Shown here: piece after piece, positions 54,705-64,000 of the stretch
Position numbering within the stretch: the first letter of the stretch is position 1
Layout of the letters: each line of letters begins with the position of its first letter
NCBI GenBank assembly: GCA_963774265.1
Contig: CAVZDU010000001.1
Span: 288,001 to 352,000, forward strand
Direction of reading: 5' to 3'
Length of the DNA: 64,000 nt
DNA from: an uncultured Chloroflexia bacterium
Lineage (GTDB): Bacteria > Chloroflexota > Anaerolineae > CG2-30-64-16
Made by a program: the position numbers and the translations under genes
Notes under the pieces: generated by a model
Database searches by the model: none
Seen by the model: the letters and a program-made list of their open reading frames with translations, nothing else
Told to the model about the DNA's origin: nothing

Positions 54705-56237
54705 TTACTGGTTCTGCACCTCGCTCGGATACACCCATTCATAAAACAGCCCATCCAGATTCCGTTCCGCAATCCGGTTCACCAACGCTCGAAACTCCTC
54801 GGTTGTGGCGATGTCCCACTGGTATTGCTGGTTCCACGTACGCAGCAGCTCGCCGAACTTGGCCGCGCCCATCTCTTCACGCAGCTTATCGAAGAACAGC
54901 GCACCCTTGCCGTAAACCACTGTCTCATAGTCGTGTTCGTAATCCCACACCGGCAGGCCGATAGGCTGATCCGCGTTGCGACGCTTCAGGCTGTTGATAG
55001 GCAGTTCCCAACGCAGAGCGCGCAGGTCCTGCGCGGCCTGGTCGCCGTAGCGCTGCTGAGTGTAGAAGTACATCGAGTACTCGGCCAGCCCCTCGTCCAG
55101 CCAGGGGCTGCGCACTTGATCGCTGCCCACCTGGTTGTACCACCACTGGTGCGCCACCTCGTGAACGACCCGGTCCTCCAGATCCTTCTGGTACAGGTCG
55201 TACACCTGGCTGCCGATCAAGCTCACCGACGGAAACTCCATACCTTTGAACGTCAGCGGCGCCTGGACAATGGCCATATCGCGATAGGGATATTGGCCGA
55301 ACTGGTCGTTGAAGATCTCGAGCGCACCGACCGCATCATAGAGCGCCGCGCGAGCCGCGTCCGCGTTCTCCCCGATGAAATAGGAGCGCACACGCGTGCC
55401 GGCTGAGTCGGTTTCCAGGATTTGAAAATGCGGGCTGAGCAGGGCCGTGAACTCACGCGCCGGCCCAAGCACATACTGGGCCGCCGTCCAGCCCGCCGCG
55501 GCGGCCGTGCGCGTGATCTCCGTGCCCGTCGCGACAACGACCTGGTCGGACGGGAAAGTGAGCGCGACGCGGTAGAGGGCCGCATCGTGGAAACCAACAT
55601 CGCCCTGCGGATGCGGGACATCCAAGGCCCACGCGTCGCCGCGCCGCGCGGCCAGGATGGGGTAGAAACCGGTGAGGCTGGTGGTGTCCTCGTTGATGCC
55701 GAAGATGGTGTACTCACCCAGCTGGCTCACATGCTCGAACTTCCCTCGAAAGGCGAGCCAGACGCGCGCGCGGCTGCCCTGCTTGAGCGGCTGGGTCAGC
55801 GCGATTTGCACCGCGGTCCGGCTTTCAGCAAGGCCGAAGTTCACCATGACGCCATTCACGCGCGCGCCGGTCAGCTCCAGATTGCCGCCAAAGAACTGCA
55901 GGTTCGGATAGGTTCGAAAGAAGAGGGCTTGCAGCGGCAGGGTGGATGAGACGGTGAAATCGAGATCGAGCGAGCCGGTGTAGACGCGTGCGGCGGGGTT
56001 GATCTGCGCGGTGATGCTGTAGAAGGGCATGGCCTTGAGCCGGTCGGCCGGGACGCTGTAGCCCTCGTGCCACGACTGGGGAAAGTCCGCCAGCCGATCG
56101 GGTTCGCGCCTGGAGAGAGCGCGGCTTGCAAGCAGCAAGGCGATCAGGATGGCGGTGACCAACAAGGCCAGCGCCAGCCTGCGCCATGTGAAAAAGCCCG
56201 AACTGATCGGGCGAAGCCGGCGACGAAGCTGGCTCAT
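54705..56237 (-). CDS. Membrane-anchored or secreted M1-family zinc aminopeptidase
   Basis: N-terminal TM helix, GMEFP, HEVAHQWW, WLDEGLAEY, YGKGA. Confidence 0.92.
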   Translation of the reverse strand: MSQLRRRLRPISSGFFTWRRLALALLVTAILIALLLASRALSRREPDRLADFPQSWHEGYSVPADRLKAMPFYSITAQINPAARVYTGSLDLDFTVSSTLPLQALFFRTYPNLQFFGGNLELTGARVNGVMVNFGLAESRTAVQIALTQPLKQGSRARVWLAFRGKFEHVSQLGEYTIFGINEDTTSLTGFYPILAARRGDAWALDVPHPQGDVGFHDAALYRVALTFPSDQVVVATGTEITRTAAAAGWTAAQYVLGPAREFTALLSPHFQILETDSAGTRVRSYFIGENADAARAALYDAVGALEIFNDQFGQYPYRDMAIVQAPLTFKGMEFPSVSLIGSQVYDLYQKDLEDRVVHEVAHQWWYNQVGSDQVRSPWLDEGLAEYSMYFYTQQRYGDQAAQDLRALRWELPINSLKRRNADQPIGLPVWDYEHDYETVVYGKGALFFDKLREEMGAAKFGELLRTWNQQYQWDIATTEEFRALVNRIAERNLDGLFYEWVYPSEVQNQ

Positions 56238-56290
56238 GGCACCTCCGAGGAAAGCAGCAGCGACTTCCGGTGGAGTATAGCACAAGACTA

Positions 56291-56319
56291 TTGACACATG
56301 AAATGATATATCATATACT
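56291..56319 (+). promoter_or_regulatory. sigma70-like promoter with an embedded palindrome, upstream of the LysM gene
   Basis: TTGACA-17 nt-TATACT; ATGATATATCAT palindrome in the spacer. Confidence 0.7.
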
Positions 56320-56498
56320 TGACATCGTCAAAGGAAGTCACCGATGACTCAGTTCGAGCTAGGAACACTATGCGGCTTCCCGTCACTTTGGGACTTGCAT
56401 TCCCGCAAATAATATGATATTATTTGTTACACGTCGAACACAGTTCTACGGGTGGCCGCTCTCGACGGTTGCCCGCTTACCTGAGGAGGAGGCACAGC

Positions 56499-56891
56499 AT
56501 GCAAGCAAGGTTTGTAGTGATTGGTCTATTTATCATTGTGCTCTTGGTCGCAGCCGGATGCGCCCCCAACTCGTCGGGCACAACTGCGCTCCCCGCGGTG
56601 GGTTCCGCCGCCCCGGGCGACACCCGAGGCGCCCATGAACCAACCGTGACACCCACCCCACCTGTGTCGCCGCTGCCCACCCCCACGCCCACCGACCCAG
56701 TTTCGCCGCTAGCGGCCCCCAAAGGCGTCTCGAGCAGCACCGAATACACGGTGGCCAGGGGCGACACGCTCGCCAAGATCGCGGCCAGCTTTGACGTTAC
56801 GGTCGATGAAATCCTGGTGGCAAACCCGAAAATCAAGAACGTGGACCTGATCTACGTCGGCCAGAAGCTGATCATCCCGGCTAAAGACTGA
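56499..56891 (+). CDS. LysM-domain lipoprotein with Pro/Thr linker
   Basis: GGAGG RBS, lipobox AAGC, PTVTPTPP linker, YTVARGDTLAKIA...IYVGQKLIIP. Confidence 0.9.
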   Translation: MQARFVVIGLFIIVLLVAAGCAPNSSGTTALPAVGSAAPGDTRGAHEPTVTPTPPVSPLPTPTPTDPVSPLAAPKGVSSSTEYTVARGDTLAKIAASFDVTVDEILVANPKIKNVDLIYVGQKLIIPAKD

Positions 56892-57050
56892 GTGGTGGAA
56901 ACCGCCCAGATTTCGCCTTTGCCACAGTGATCGTCTGATCCGAATGTCAATCTCCATAATATTGTGACCGCCGCTCCACGGTGCTATAATCCCTCGTGCC
57001 CGTGCGACCGGCGGTCGCACCGCGTCATCCTTCTTTTGTGAGCGATCTCA

Positions 57051-57344
57051 GTGCCCCTTTCCCTGGCCGAAGTCGAACACGTCGCCGAGCTTGCGCGGCT
57101 GGGCCTGACCGATGCTGAAAAGGCCCTGTTTCGCGGCCAGCTCTCCGCGATCCTGGATTATGCCGCGGTGCTGCAAAGCGTCGACACATCCGCCATTCCA
57201 CCCACCGCCACGGTGCTGCCGCTGCGCAACGTGATGCGGGAGGACGCGGCGCGGCCCTCGCTGGCGCAAGAGGACGTGTTGGCGAACGCACCTGAGGCCC
57301 GCGACGGCTTCTTCGCCGTGGCCGCGATCCTCCAGAAGACCTGA
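57051..57344 (+). CDS. gatC: Asp/Glu-tRNA amidotransferase subunit C
   Basis: VEHVAELARL, ILDY..L, NVMRED, LANAP..DGFF. Confidence 0.93.
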   Translation: MPLSLAEVEHVAELARLGLTDAEKALFRGQLSAILDYAAVLQSVDTSAIPPTATVLPLRNVMREDAARPSLAQEDVLANAPEARDGFFAVAAILQKT

Positions 57345-57350
57345 TTACCC

Positions 57351-58869
57351 ATGACGCTACACAGCCTCACCGTCCATCAAGCCGCAACCCTGTTGCGGAC
57401 CGGGGAGATCAGCGCGACCGCACTGACGCAGAGCGTTCTGGAGCGGATATTCGCGCTGGACAACACCGTCAGGGCCTATCTCGCGCTCACACCGGAACTG
57501 GCGCTCGAGGCGGCCGCCCACGCAGACGCGATGCTCGCCGCCGCACGCCGTGAGGGCACGGTCGACTCACTTTCGCCCCTCCTCGGCATCCCACTGGCTA
57601 TCAAAGACATCATCACCGTTGAGGGTGTGCCCCTCACCTGCGGCTCTCGCATCCTCGAAGGTTACATCCCGCCCTATGAAGCGACCGCCGTGACGCGGCT
57701 GATCGATGCCGGCGCGGTCATTCTGGGAAAAACCAATACCGACGAATTCGCCATGGGGTCCAGCACGGAAAACTCGGCGTATTTCACCACGCGCAACCCC
57801 TGGGATTTGTCGCCGCGTGCCGGGCGGGTCGAGTGGCGGCAGCGCGGCCGCGGTCGCGGCCCAACTTTGCCTCGCCGCGCTGGGCAGCGACACCGGCGGC
57901 AGCGTCCGCCAGCCGGCCAGCCTTTGCGGCATTGTCGGTCTGAAGCCCACCTACGGCCGCGTGAGCCGGTACGGGCTGGTGGCGTATGCATCCTCGCTGG
58001 ACCAAATCGGTCCGCTGACCAGGGACGTGACCGACGCAGCGCTCTTGCTGTCCGCCATCGCCGGGCATGACCCGCTGGACAGCACCAGCGTCGATGCACC
58101 CGTGCCCGACTATGTGGCCGCGCTGGATGCCGCGGGCAATTCATCCTCCCGACCCCTGAACGGCCTGCGCGTAGGCGTGCCCAAGGAGTATTTCGTCCCC
58201 GGCATGCAGGCGGAGGTCGAGGCGGCTGTGCGCAAAGCGGTCCGGGTGCTGACCGGGCTGGGTGCAGATGTGCGCGAGATTTCCCTCCCCCACACGGAGC
58301 TGGCGCTCTCGGTGTACTACGTCCTTGCGCCCGCCGAGGCCTCCGCCAACCTGGCGCGCTTCGACGGCATCCGCTACGGCCTCTCTGCGCCGGGTGAATC
58401 GCTGTGGGAGACCTACCGGCAGACGCGGGGTGAAGGCTTCGGACCGGAGGTCAAACGGCGCATCATGCTGGGCGCGTACGCGCTGAGCGCGGGGTACTAC
58501 GACGCGTACTACCTCAAGGCGCAGCAGGTGCGCACGCTGATCAAGGCGGACTTCGACGCCGCGCTGCAGGATGTGGATATCATCGCCTGCCCCACCAGCC
58601 CGACCACCGCCTTCCCCATCGGCGAACGCGTGGCCGATCCGCTGAGCATGTATCTGGCCGACATTTTCACGCTGTCACTGAACCTGGCCGGCATCTGCGG
58701 CATTTCCGTACCGTGCGGGCTCGATGGCGCGAACCTGCCCATCGGCTTACAGCTCATCGCGGGCGCGTTCGACGAGGGGCGGTTACTATCGACCGCATAC
58801 GCCTATGAACAGGCAACAGAGTGGCATCGGCTCGCGCCGATCCTCACGGTGAAGGCTGAGGATAGATGA
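57351..58869 (+). CDS. gatA: Asp/Glu-tRNA amidotransferase subunit A (frameshift near 57810)
   Basis: [51 protein letters not shown]. Confidence 0.94.
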
Positions 58870-60254
58870 GGGGGAAAATGACCGGGGTCAAGGCTGACTT
58901 TGCGCCGTTTGCGGAACGGATGCGAGCGGAACGGCTGCCGGATATCGCCATACGCACCTTCAAGCACTACTACATGGAGCTCGCAGAGGGACAAACCGGT
59001 CTGATCGCCGAGAGTGACATCGCGCCGGTCGAGTCGCTACCCGACATGGACCGACTTCCTGCAAGTCTTGCCGGGGTGGGCCGGGCGGCCATGGGCAAGG
59101 CAGTATTGCTCAAGCTCAACGGCGGGCTGGGCACCGGCATGGGCATGGAAAAGGCCAAGTCGCTGCTGGTCGTCCGTGACGGCCTGACCTTCCTGGACAT
59201 CATCGCACGCCAGGCGCTGCAGGCGGACGTGCCGCTCGTACTGATGAACAGTTTCAGCACCCGGGCCGATTCGCTCTGCCTCCTGGAGAAGTATCCCGAT
59301 CTCCGGGTGCGCATCCCCCTGGACTTCGTCCAGCATAAGGCGCCGAAGGTGCTCCAGGAGAGCCTGGCGCCGGCCACCTGGCGCCAAGACCCGGAACTGG
59401 AATGGTGTCCGCCCGGTCACGGCGACATCTACACCGCACTCCTCACGAGCGGCATGCTCGACACACTGCTTGACAACGGCTGCGAAATTGCCTTCGTGTC
59501 CAACGCGGACAACCTTGGTGCAGAGCTCGATCCACTGGTGCTCGGCTACTTCGTCGACAAGGGCCTGCCGTTCCTCATGGAAGTGGCTGACCGCACGGTC
59601 GCGGATCGCAAGGGCGGCCACCTGGCGCAGCGGCAAAGCGATGGCCGGCTGCTCTTGCGGGAGTCGGCGCAGTGCCCCGATGACGACGCCGAAGCCTTCC
59701 AGGACATCACCCGGCACCGCTATTTCAACACAAACAACCTTTGGATCCACCTCCCGGCGCTCCAGCGGCTGCTGAGGGAGAGGGATGGCGTGCTGCGCCT
59801 GCCGATGATCCGCAACAGCAAGACGGTCGACCCGCGCGATCCATCGTCACCCAAGGTGTACCAGCTCGAGAGCGCCATGGGCGCCGCCATCTCAGCCTTC
59901 GTCGGCGCCGGTGCGCTGCGGGTGCCCCGCTCCCGCTTTGCGCCCGTCAAGAGCTGCGACGATCTACTCGGCGTGCGCTCGGACGCGTTCGTGCTCACCG
60001 ACGCCTGGCAGATCGTCCTCAACCCAAAACGACGCTGCGGCGTTCCGGTGATCGACCTGGACCCGCGGTACTATAGGCTGATTGACCAGCTGGAATCGCG
60101 CTTCCCCTACGGCCCGCCCTCGCTCGTCGACTGCGAGCAACTGACAGTCAAGGGCGACGTCATGTTCGGACCCGGAGTCGTGTGTCGCGGCGTGGTGGAA
60201 GTGGTGAATGATGGTGAAGAACAGATGAATTATCCACCAACGAAAACCCTATAA
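58866..60254 (+). CDS. Eukaryote-type UTP--glucose-1-phosphate uridylyltransferase
   Basis: [61 protein letters not shown]. Confidence 0.92.
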   Translation: MRGKMTGVKADFAPFAERMRAERLPDIAIRTFKHYYMELAEGQTGLIAESDIAPVESLPDMDRLPASLAGVGRAAMGKAVLLKLNGGLGTGMGMEKAKSLLVVRDGLTFLDIIARQALQADVPLVLMNSFSTRADSLCLLEKYPDLRVRIPLDFVQHKAPKVLQESLAPATWRQDPELEWCPPGHGDIYTALLTSGMLDTLLDNGCEIAFVSNADNLGAELDPLVLGYFVDKGLPFLMEVADRTVADRKGGHLAQRQSDGRLLLRESAQCPDDDAEAFQDITRHRYFNTNNLWIHLPALQRLLRERDGVLRLPMIRNSKTVDPRDPSSPKVYQLESAMGAAISAFVGAGALRVPRSRFAPVKSCDDLLGVRSDAFVLTDAWQIVLNPKRRCGVPVIDLDPRYYRLIDQLESRFPYGPPSLVDCEQLTVKGDVMFGPGVVCRGVVEVVNDGEEQMNYPPTKTL

Positions 60255-60270
60255 GGAGGGATCCTCTCTC

Positions 60271-61440
60271 ATGTCAGATCGCATCTCCCGCCGGGTGGCA
60301 GCGGTGCCACCGTCCGGCATCCGCAAGTTCTTCGACATCGCGGCCACCATGCAGGACGTCATTTCGCTCGGCATCGGCGAGCCCGACTTCGTCACGCCTG
60401 ACGTGATCCGCCAGGCCGGCATCGCCTCGTTGACGCGCGGCGAAACGCGCTACACGTCCAACTCGGGCATCTTCGAGCTGCGCGAGGCTATCGTGAGGAA
60501 GTGGGCGCAGCTTTACGGCGTCGAGTACGATCCGGACAAGGAAACACTGGTCACGGTCGGCGGGTCTGAGGCGCTCTACCTGGCCCTGACGGCCATCATC
60601 AACCCCGGCGACGAGGTGTTGATCCCCGAACCGTGCTTCGTCTCCTACGAGGCCGAGGTGGCGTTTGCGGGCGGCACGCCTGTCCCGATCGCCACGCAGG
60701 TGGAGACGCTGTTCCAGGTGACCGGCGCGCAGCTCGAAGCCGCGGTGACCCCGAACACGAAGGCGATCCTGATCAACTACCCCAACAACCCGACCGGCGC
60801 CGTGCTCGATCAGGAGTGCATGGCCGAGATCGCGGCTGTGGCGGCCAAACACGACCTGCTGGTCATCTCCGATGAGATTTACGACCGGCTGATCTACGCG
60901 GGCGAGCACACCACCTTCAGCAGCCTGCCCGGCATGCGCGACCGGACGATCATCATCGGCGGCTTCTCGAAGGACTACGCCATGACCGGCTGGCGCCTGG
61001 GCTTTGCGCTTGGGCCCGGCCGATATCCTCGTCGCCATGCGCAAGGTGCACCAGTACACGATCATGTCGGCTCCGACCACCGCCCAGGTGGCCGCGATCA
61101 CTGCGCTTACCGACCCGGCGTGCCGAGGATGCCGTGCATGGCCATGCGCGAGTCCTACAACCTCCGCCGCCGGTTGCTGGTGGACGGCCTGAACAGCATC
61201 GGTCTGCCCACGTTCGAGCCGCGCGGCGCCTTCTACGCTTTCCCCGATATCCGCGTCAGCGGCATGACCTCTGATGAGTTCGCATGGACGCTGATCGAGG
61301 AAGAGAAGGTGGCCTGCGTCCCGGGTCCGGCCTTCGGCCTGGGCGGCGAGGGCTATGTGCGCATGTGCTACGCCACGGCCAAAGACCAGATCGAGGAGGC
61401 GCTCGAACGCATGGGGCGCTTCGTACGCCGGCACGGTTGA
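60271..61440 (+). CDS. PLP-dependent class I/II aminotransferase (compensating frameshifts ~61020-61125)
   Basis: LGIGEPDF, NYPNNPTG, ISDEIY, GFSKDYAMTGWRLG, GAFYAF, VPG..FG. Confidence 0.92.
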   Translation: MSDRISRRVAAVPPSGIRKFFDIAATMQDVISLGIGEPDFVTPDVIRQAGIASLTRGETRYTSNSGIFELREAIVRKWAQLYGVEYDPDKETLVTVGGSEALYLALTAIINPGDEVLIPEPCFVSYEAEVAFAGGTPVPIATQVETLFQVTGAQLEAAVTPNTKAILINYPNNPTGAVLDQECMAEIAAVAAKHDLLVISDEIYDRLIYAGEHTTFSSLPGMRDRTIIIGGFSKDYAMTGWRLGFALGPGRYPRRHAQGAPVHDHVGSDHRPGGRDHCAYRPGVPRMPCMAMRESYNLRRRLLVDGLNSIGLPTFEPRGAFYAFPDIRVSGMTSDEFAWTLIEEEKVACVPGPAFGLGGEGYVRMCYATAKDQIEEALERMGRFVRRHG

Positions 61441-61449
61441 TGTCACAAC

Positions 61450-62958
61450 ATGGCGTACGAAACCATCATCGGGCTGGAAGTCCACGCCCAGCTCCTGACC
61501 GCGTCCAAGATGTTCTGCGGCTGTCAGCGCAGACTATGCTGCCGCGCCGCCGAACACCCACGTCTGCCCGGTGTGCATGGCGCTGCCGGGCGTGCTGCCG
61601 GTGATCAACCGCGCCGCCGTGGAGAAGACGATCATGGCGGGGCTGGCGCTCAACTGCACCATCTCCGAGCATGCGGTCTTCGCCCGCAAGAACTACCACT
61701 ACGCCGACCTGCCCAAGGGCTACCAGATCAGCCAGTATGAGCTGCCCTTCTGCCGGGACGGTTGGCTGGAGATCGAGACGGACGCGGGGCAGAAGCGCAT
61801 CGGCATCACCCGTGCCCACCTGGAAGAGGACACCGGCAAGCTGGTTCATGCGGCCGAAGGCGGCCGACTGATGGGTCCCGGAAGTGTCCAGACCCTGGTC
61901 GACCTGAACCGGGCCGGCGTGCCGCTGCTGGAGATCGTCACCGAGCCGGATCTGCGCTCGCCCGACGAGGCCCATGCGTACCTGACCAAGCTCCAGCGCG
62001 ATCCTGCGCTACCTGGGCGTCAGCACCGCGGACATGGAGAAGGGCGCGATGCGCTGCGAGGCCAACGTCAGCGTGCGGCCGCTCGGCCAGGCAGCGTTCG
62101 GGACCAAGGTCGAGGTCAAGAACCTCAACTCCTTCCGGTCGGTGAAGCTGGCGCTGGAATACGAGGTGCACCGGCAGATCGACACACTGGAGCGCGGCGA
62201 GCGTGTGGTGCAGGTGACCATGGGCTGGGATGAAGAGCACGGGCACACGGTGCGTCCAGCGCAGCAAGGAATCGGCCGACGACTACCGCTACTTCCCCGA
62301 GCCGGATCTGCCGCCGCTGGCGGTGAGCCGCGCGTGGGTGGAGGAGCTTCGCGCCCGGCTGCCCGAATTGCCGGGTGCGAAGGCCGCTCGCTTTGCGACA
62401 GAACTGGGGCTGGACCCGAAAGAGGCCGCGCTCTTGACCGAAGAGCGGTCGGTGGCTGAGTACTACGAAGCCGCGGTCAGCGCCCTGCGGGCGAAGCGAG
62501 CGCAGGGCGGACAGGCGCCGGAACCCGCTGCACAGGCCGCGGCGAAAAGCGTCTCCAATTGGGTCTCGGGCGAGCTGTTCCGGCTGATGAAGGGCGGGGG
62601 GATCGATATCACCGCCATCGCCGTGACGCCTGAGGGCCTTGCGGACCTGCTTGCGCTGATCGACGGAGGGCAGATCAACCTGAACAGCGCCAAGCGCGCG
62701 CTGGGTGTCATGTTCGATACGGGGCGCTCCGCAGCCGGCGTTGTGCAGGAACTGGGCTTGGGGCAAGTGAGCGACGCCGATGCGCTGGCAGGAATCGTAG
62801 CAACAATAATAGGGGCCAACGCGGATCAGGTTTCGAAATATCGGGCAGGCAAAGAGAGCGTCTTCAATTGGCTGCTGGGGCAGGTGATGCGCGAAACGCG
62901 CGGCAAGGGGAACCCGGCGCTCGTGCGCGAGCTATTGGAGGCGGCGCTCAAGGAGTAG
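61450..62958 (+). CDS. gatB: Asp/Glu-tRNA amidotransferase subunit B (frameshifts)
   Basis: [62 protein letters not shown]. Confidence 0.94.
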
Positions 62959-63037
62959 GCATGTCGTTCGATCGGGCAGTTGAAGCAATCATCCCGGCCG
63001 CCAGGCGCCGCGCGCGGAAGTCGCGGTGACGGCGCTC

Positions 63038-63613
63038 ATGACTCAACGCCTCTCCGCGTGGTTGATCCGGGTCTCGCGTGGCTGGGTGGCACTGGCGGGC
63101 CTGCTTATCTTCCTGGTCTTTACGCCCCTTGTCTTGCCCGACCAGGCCGCGCGTTTCGAGGCGGTCGCAGGCCCCGGCCCGTCACCCGACCAGTCCTTCT
63201 TCTACACCCCTACCGATCTATATCGGATGGCCGAAGCTTTCGGCCCCGCGGGACACGCGGCGTACGTACACGCCCGATGGACCTTCGACGTCGTGTGGCC
63301 GCTGGTCTACACGATCTGCCTGGTGACCGCGATCAGTTGGTTGGCGGGAAAAGCGTTTCGACGGGGCAGCCGCGGACGGCTTCTGAACCTCATTCCCGTG
63401 GCTGGGATGCTGCTTGACTTTGCGGAGAATATCTGCGCGTCGTTGGTGATTCCGCGTTATCCGGCCCGAACGCCCGGCGCTGACTTCCTGGCCACCGTGT
63501 TTACGCCGCTGAAATGGATCTTCGTGGCCGGCAGTTTTGTTGTCCTGCTGGTGGCAGCGATCGCGGCAGTGCGGCAGTGGCTGGCACGCAACAGCTACCT
63601 GCACCGCGCATGA
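63038..63613 (+). CDS. Hypothetical integral membrane protein
   Basis: About four hydrophobic segments; PDQSFFYTP, DVVWPLVY, DFAEN. Confidence 0.75.
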   Translation: MTQRLSAWLIRVSRGWVALAGLLIFLVFTPLVLPDQAARFEAVAGPGPSPDQSFFYTPTDLYRMAEAFGPAGHAAYVHARWTFDVVWPLVYTICLVTAISWLAGKAFRRGSRGRLLNLIPVAGMLLDFAENICASLVIPRYPARTPGADFLATVFTPLKWIFVAGSFVVLLVAAIAAVRQWLARNSYLHRA

Positions 63614-63638
63614 CAATGGGTGCAAATAGCTGCTGGAT

Positions 63639-64000
63639 CTACCCTGCGGCAGATGTAACCTGTGTCTCGTCTACCCGATCCCACGCCTCCAATAGCGCGG
63701 GGAGTTCATCCACGGTGGCGATACGCGCATCCGGAATGCATTCGTCGCTCTCCTCCGTGTGCCACGGTGAGGCGACAAGCACCGCGCGCATCCCTATCTT
63801 CTGAGGCCCTGCCACGTCCTCCAGGAGTCTATCTCCCACAAACACGGCTTCCGCAGGGGCAACGTCGAAATGATCCAAGGCCTCGCGGAAGATGCGCTCA
63901 TCCGGCTTGACATATCCCGCACGGCTTGAATAGACCCGCACCGGCAGGTGCTCCAGCAGTTCATAGCGCGCCAGGTCCGCATCGTGCATCTCGGGCGTCC
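63639..64000 (-). CDS. HAD-superfamily hydrolase, 5' end beyond the window
   Basis: KPDERIF and FVGDRLLEDVAGPQKIGMRAV (HAD motifs III and IV). Confidence 0.88.
   Translation of the reverse strand, partial: TPEMHDADLARYELLEHLPVRVYSSRAGYVKPDERIFREALDHFDVAPAEAVFVGDRLLEDVAGPQKIGMRAVLVASPWHTEESDECIPDARIATVDELPALLEAWDRVDETQVTSAAG

Noticed and set aside
60230-60238. DnaA-box-like TTATCCACC
   Set aside because: A single imperfect copy inside the UGPase coding end; expected by chance.

Overview
High-GC bacterial chromosome segment, most likely an anaerobic Chloroflexota/Anaerolineae (inferred from T-box regulation, a C-terminal 'LPLL' export tail and gene content). Many conserved genes are broken by single-base indels, which look like long-read or polishing errors rather than true pseudogenes. 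In order, the window holds: (1) a glutamate-catabolism locus with three glutamate dehydrogenases (two nearly identical), a GAF histidine kinase/response regulator pair, a nucleotidyltransferase-like orphan, a FadR/GntR regulator and korAB; (2) a T-box-controlled non-discriminating aspS, an RluA-methyltransferase fusion, degV, pflX and a CDF transporter; (3) a convergent acyl-lipid cassette (ABC permease, acyl-AMP ligase, ACP, atypical PlsC facing ABC ATPase, secreted esterase, MFP); (4) dnaN-recF, rsmG, a degenerate PEP-utiliser/TetR pair and sod; (5) kimA-trkA-trkA behind a very short attenuator, an IS1182 and metG; (6) an apparent operon of a SufR-like regulator, moaA, iscA, rtcB and four tandem cobalamin-dependent radical SAM genes; (7) a cluster of intact and decayed toxin-antitoxin genes; (8) an M1 peptidase, a LysM lipoprotein and gatC-gatA-ugp-aminotransferase-gatB. 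The best candidates for undescribed systems are the four-gene B12 radical SAM operon, the acyl/ABC cassette and the GDH locus with its NTase-like protein. No rRNA, tRNA or CRISPR array was seen.
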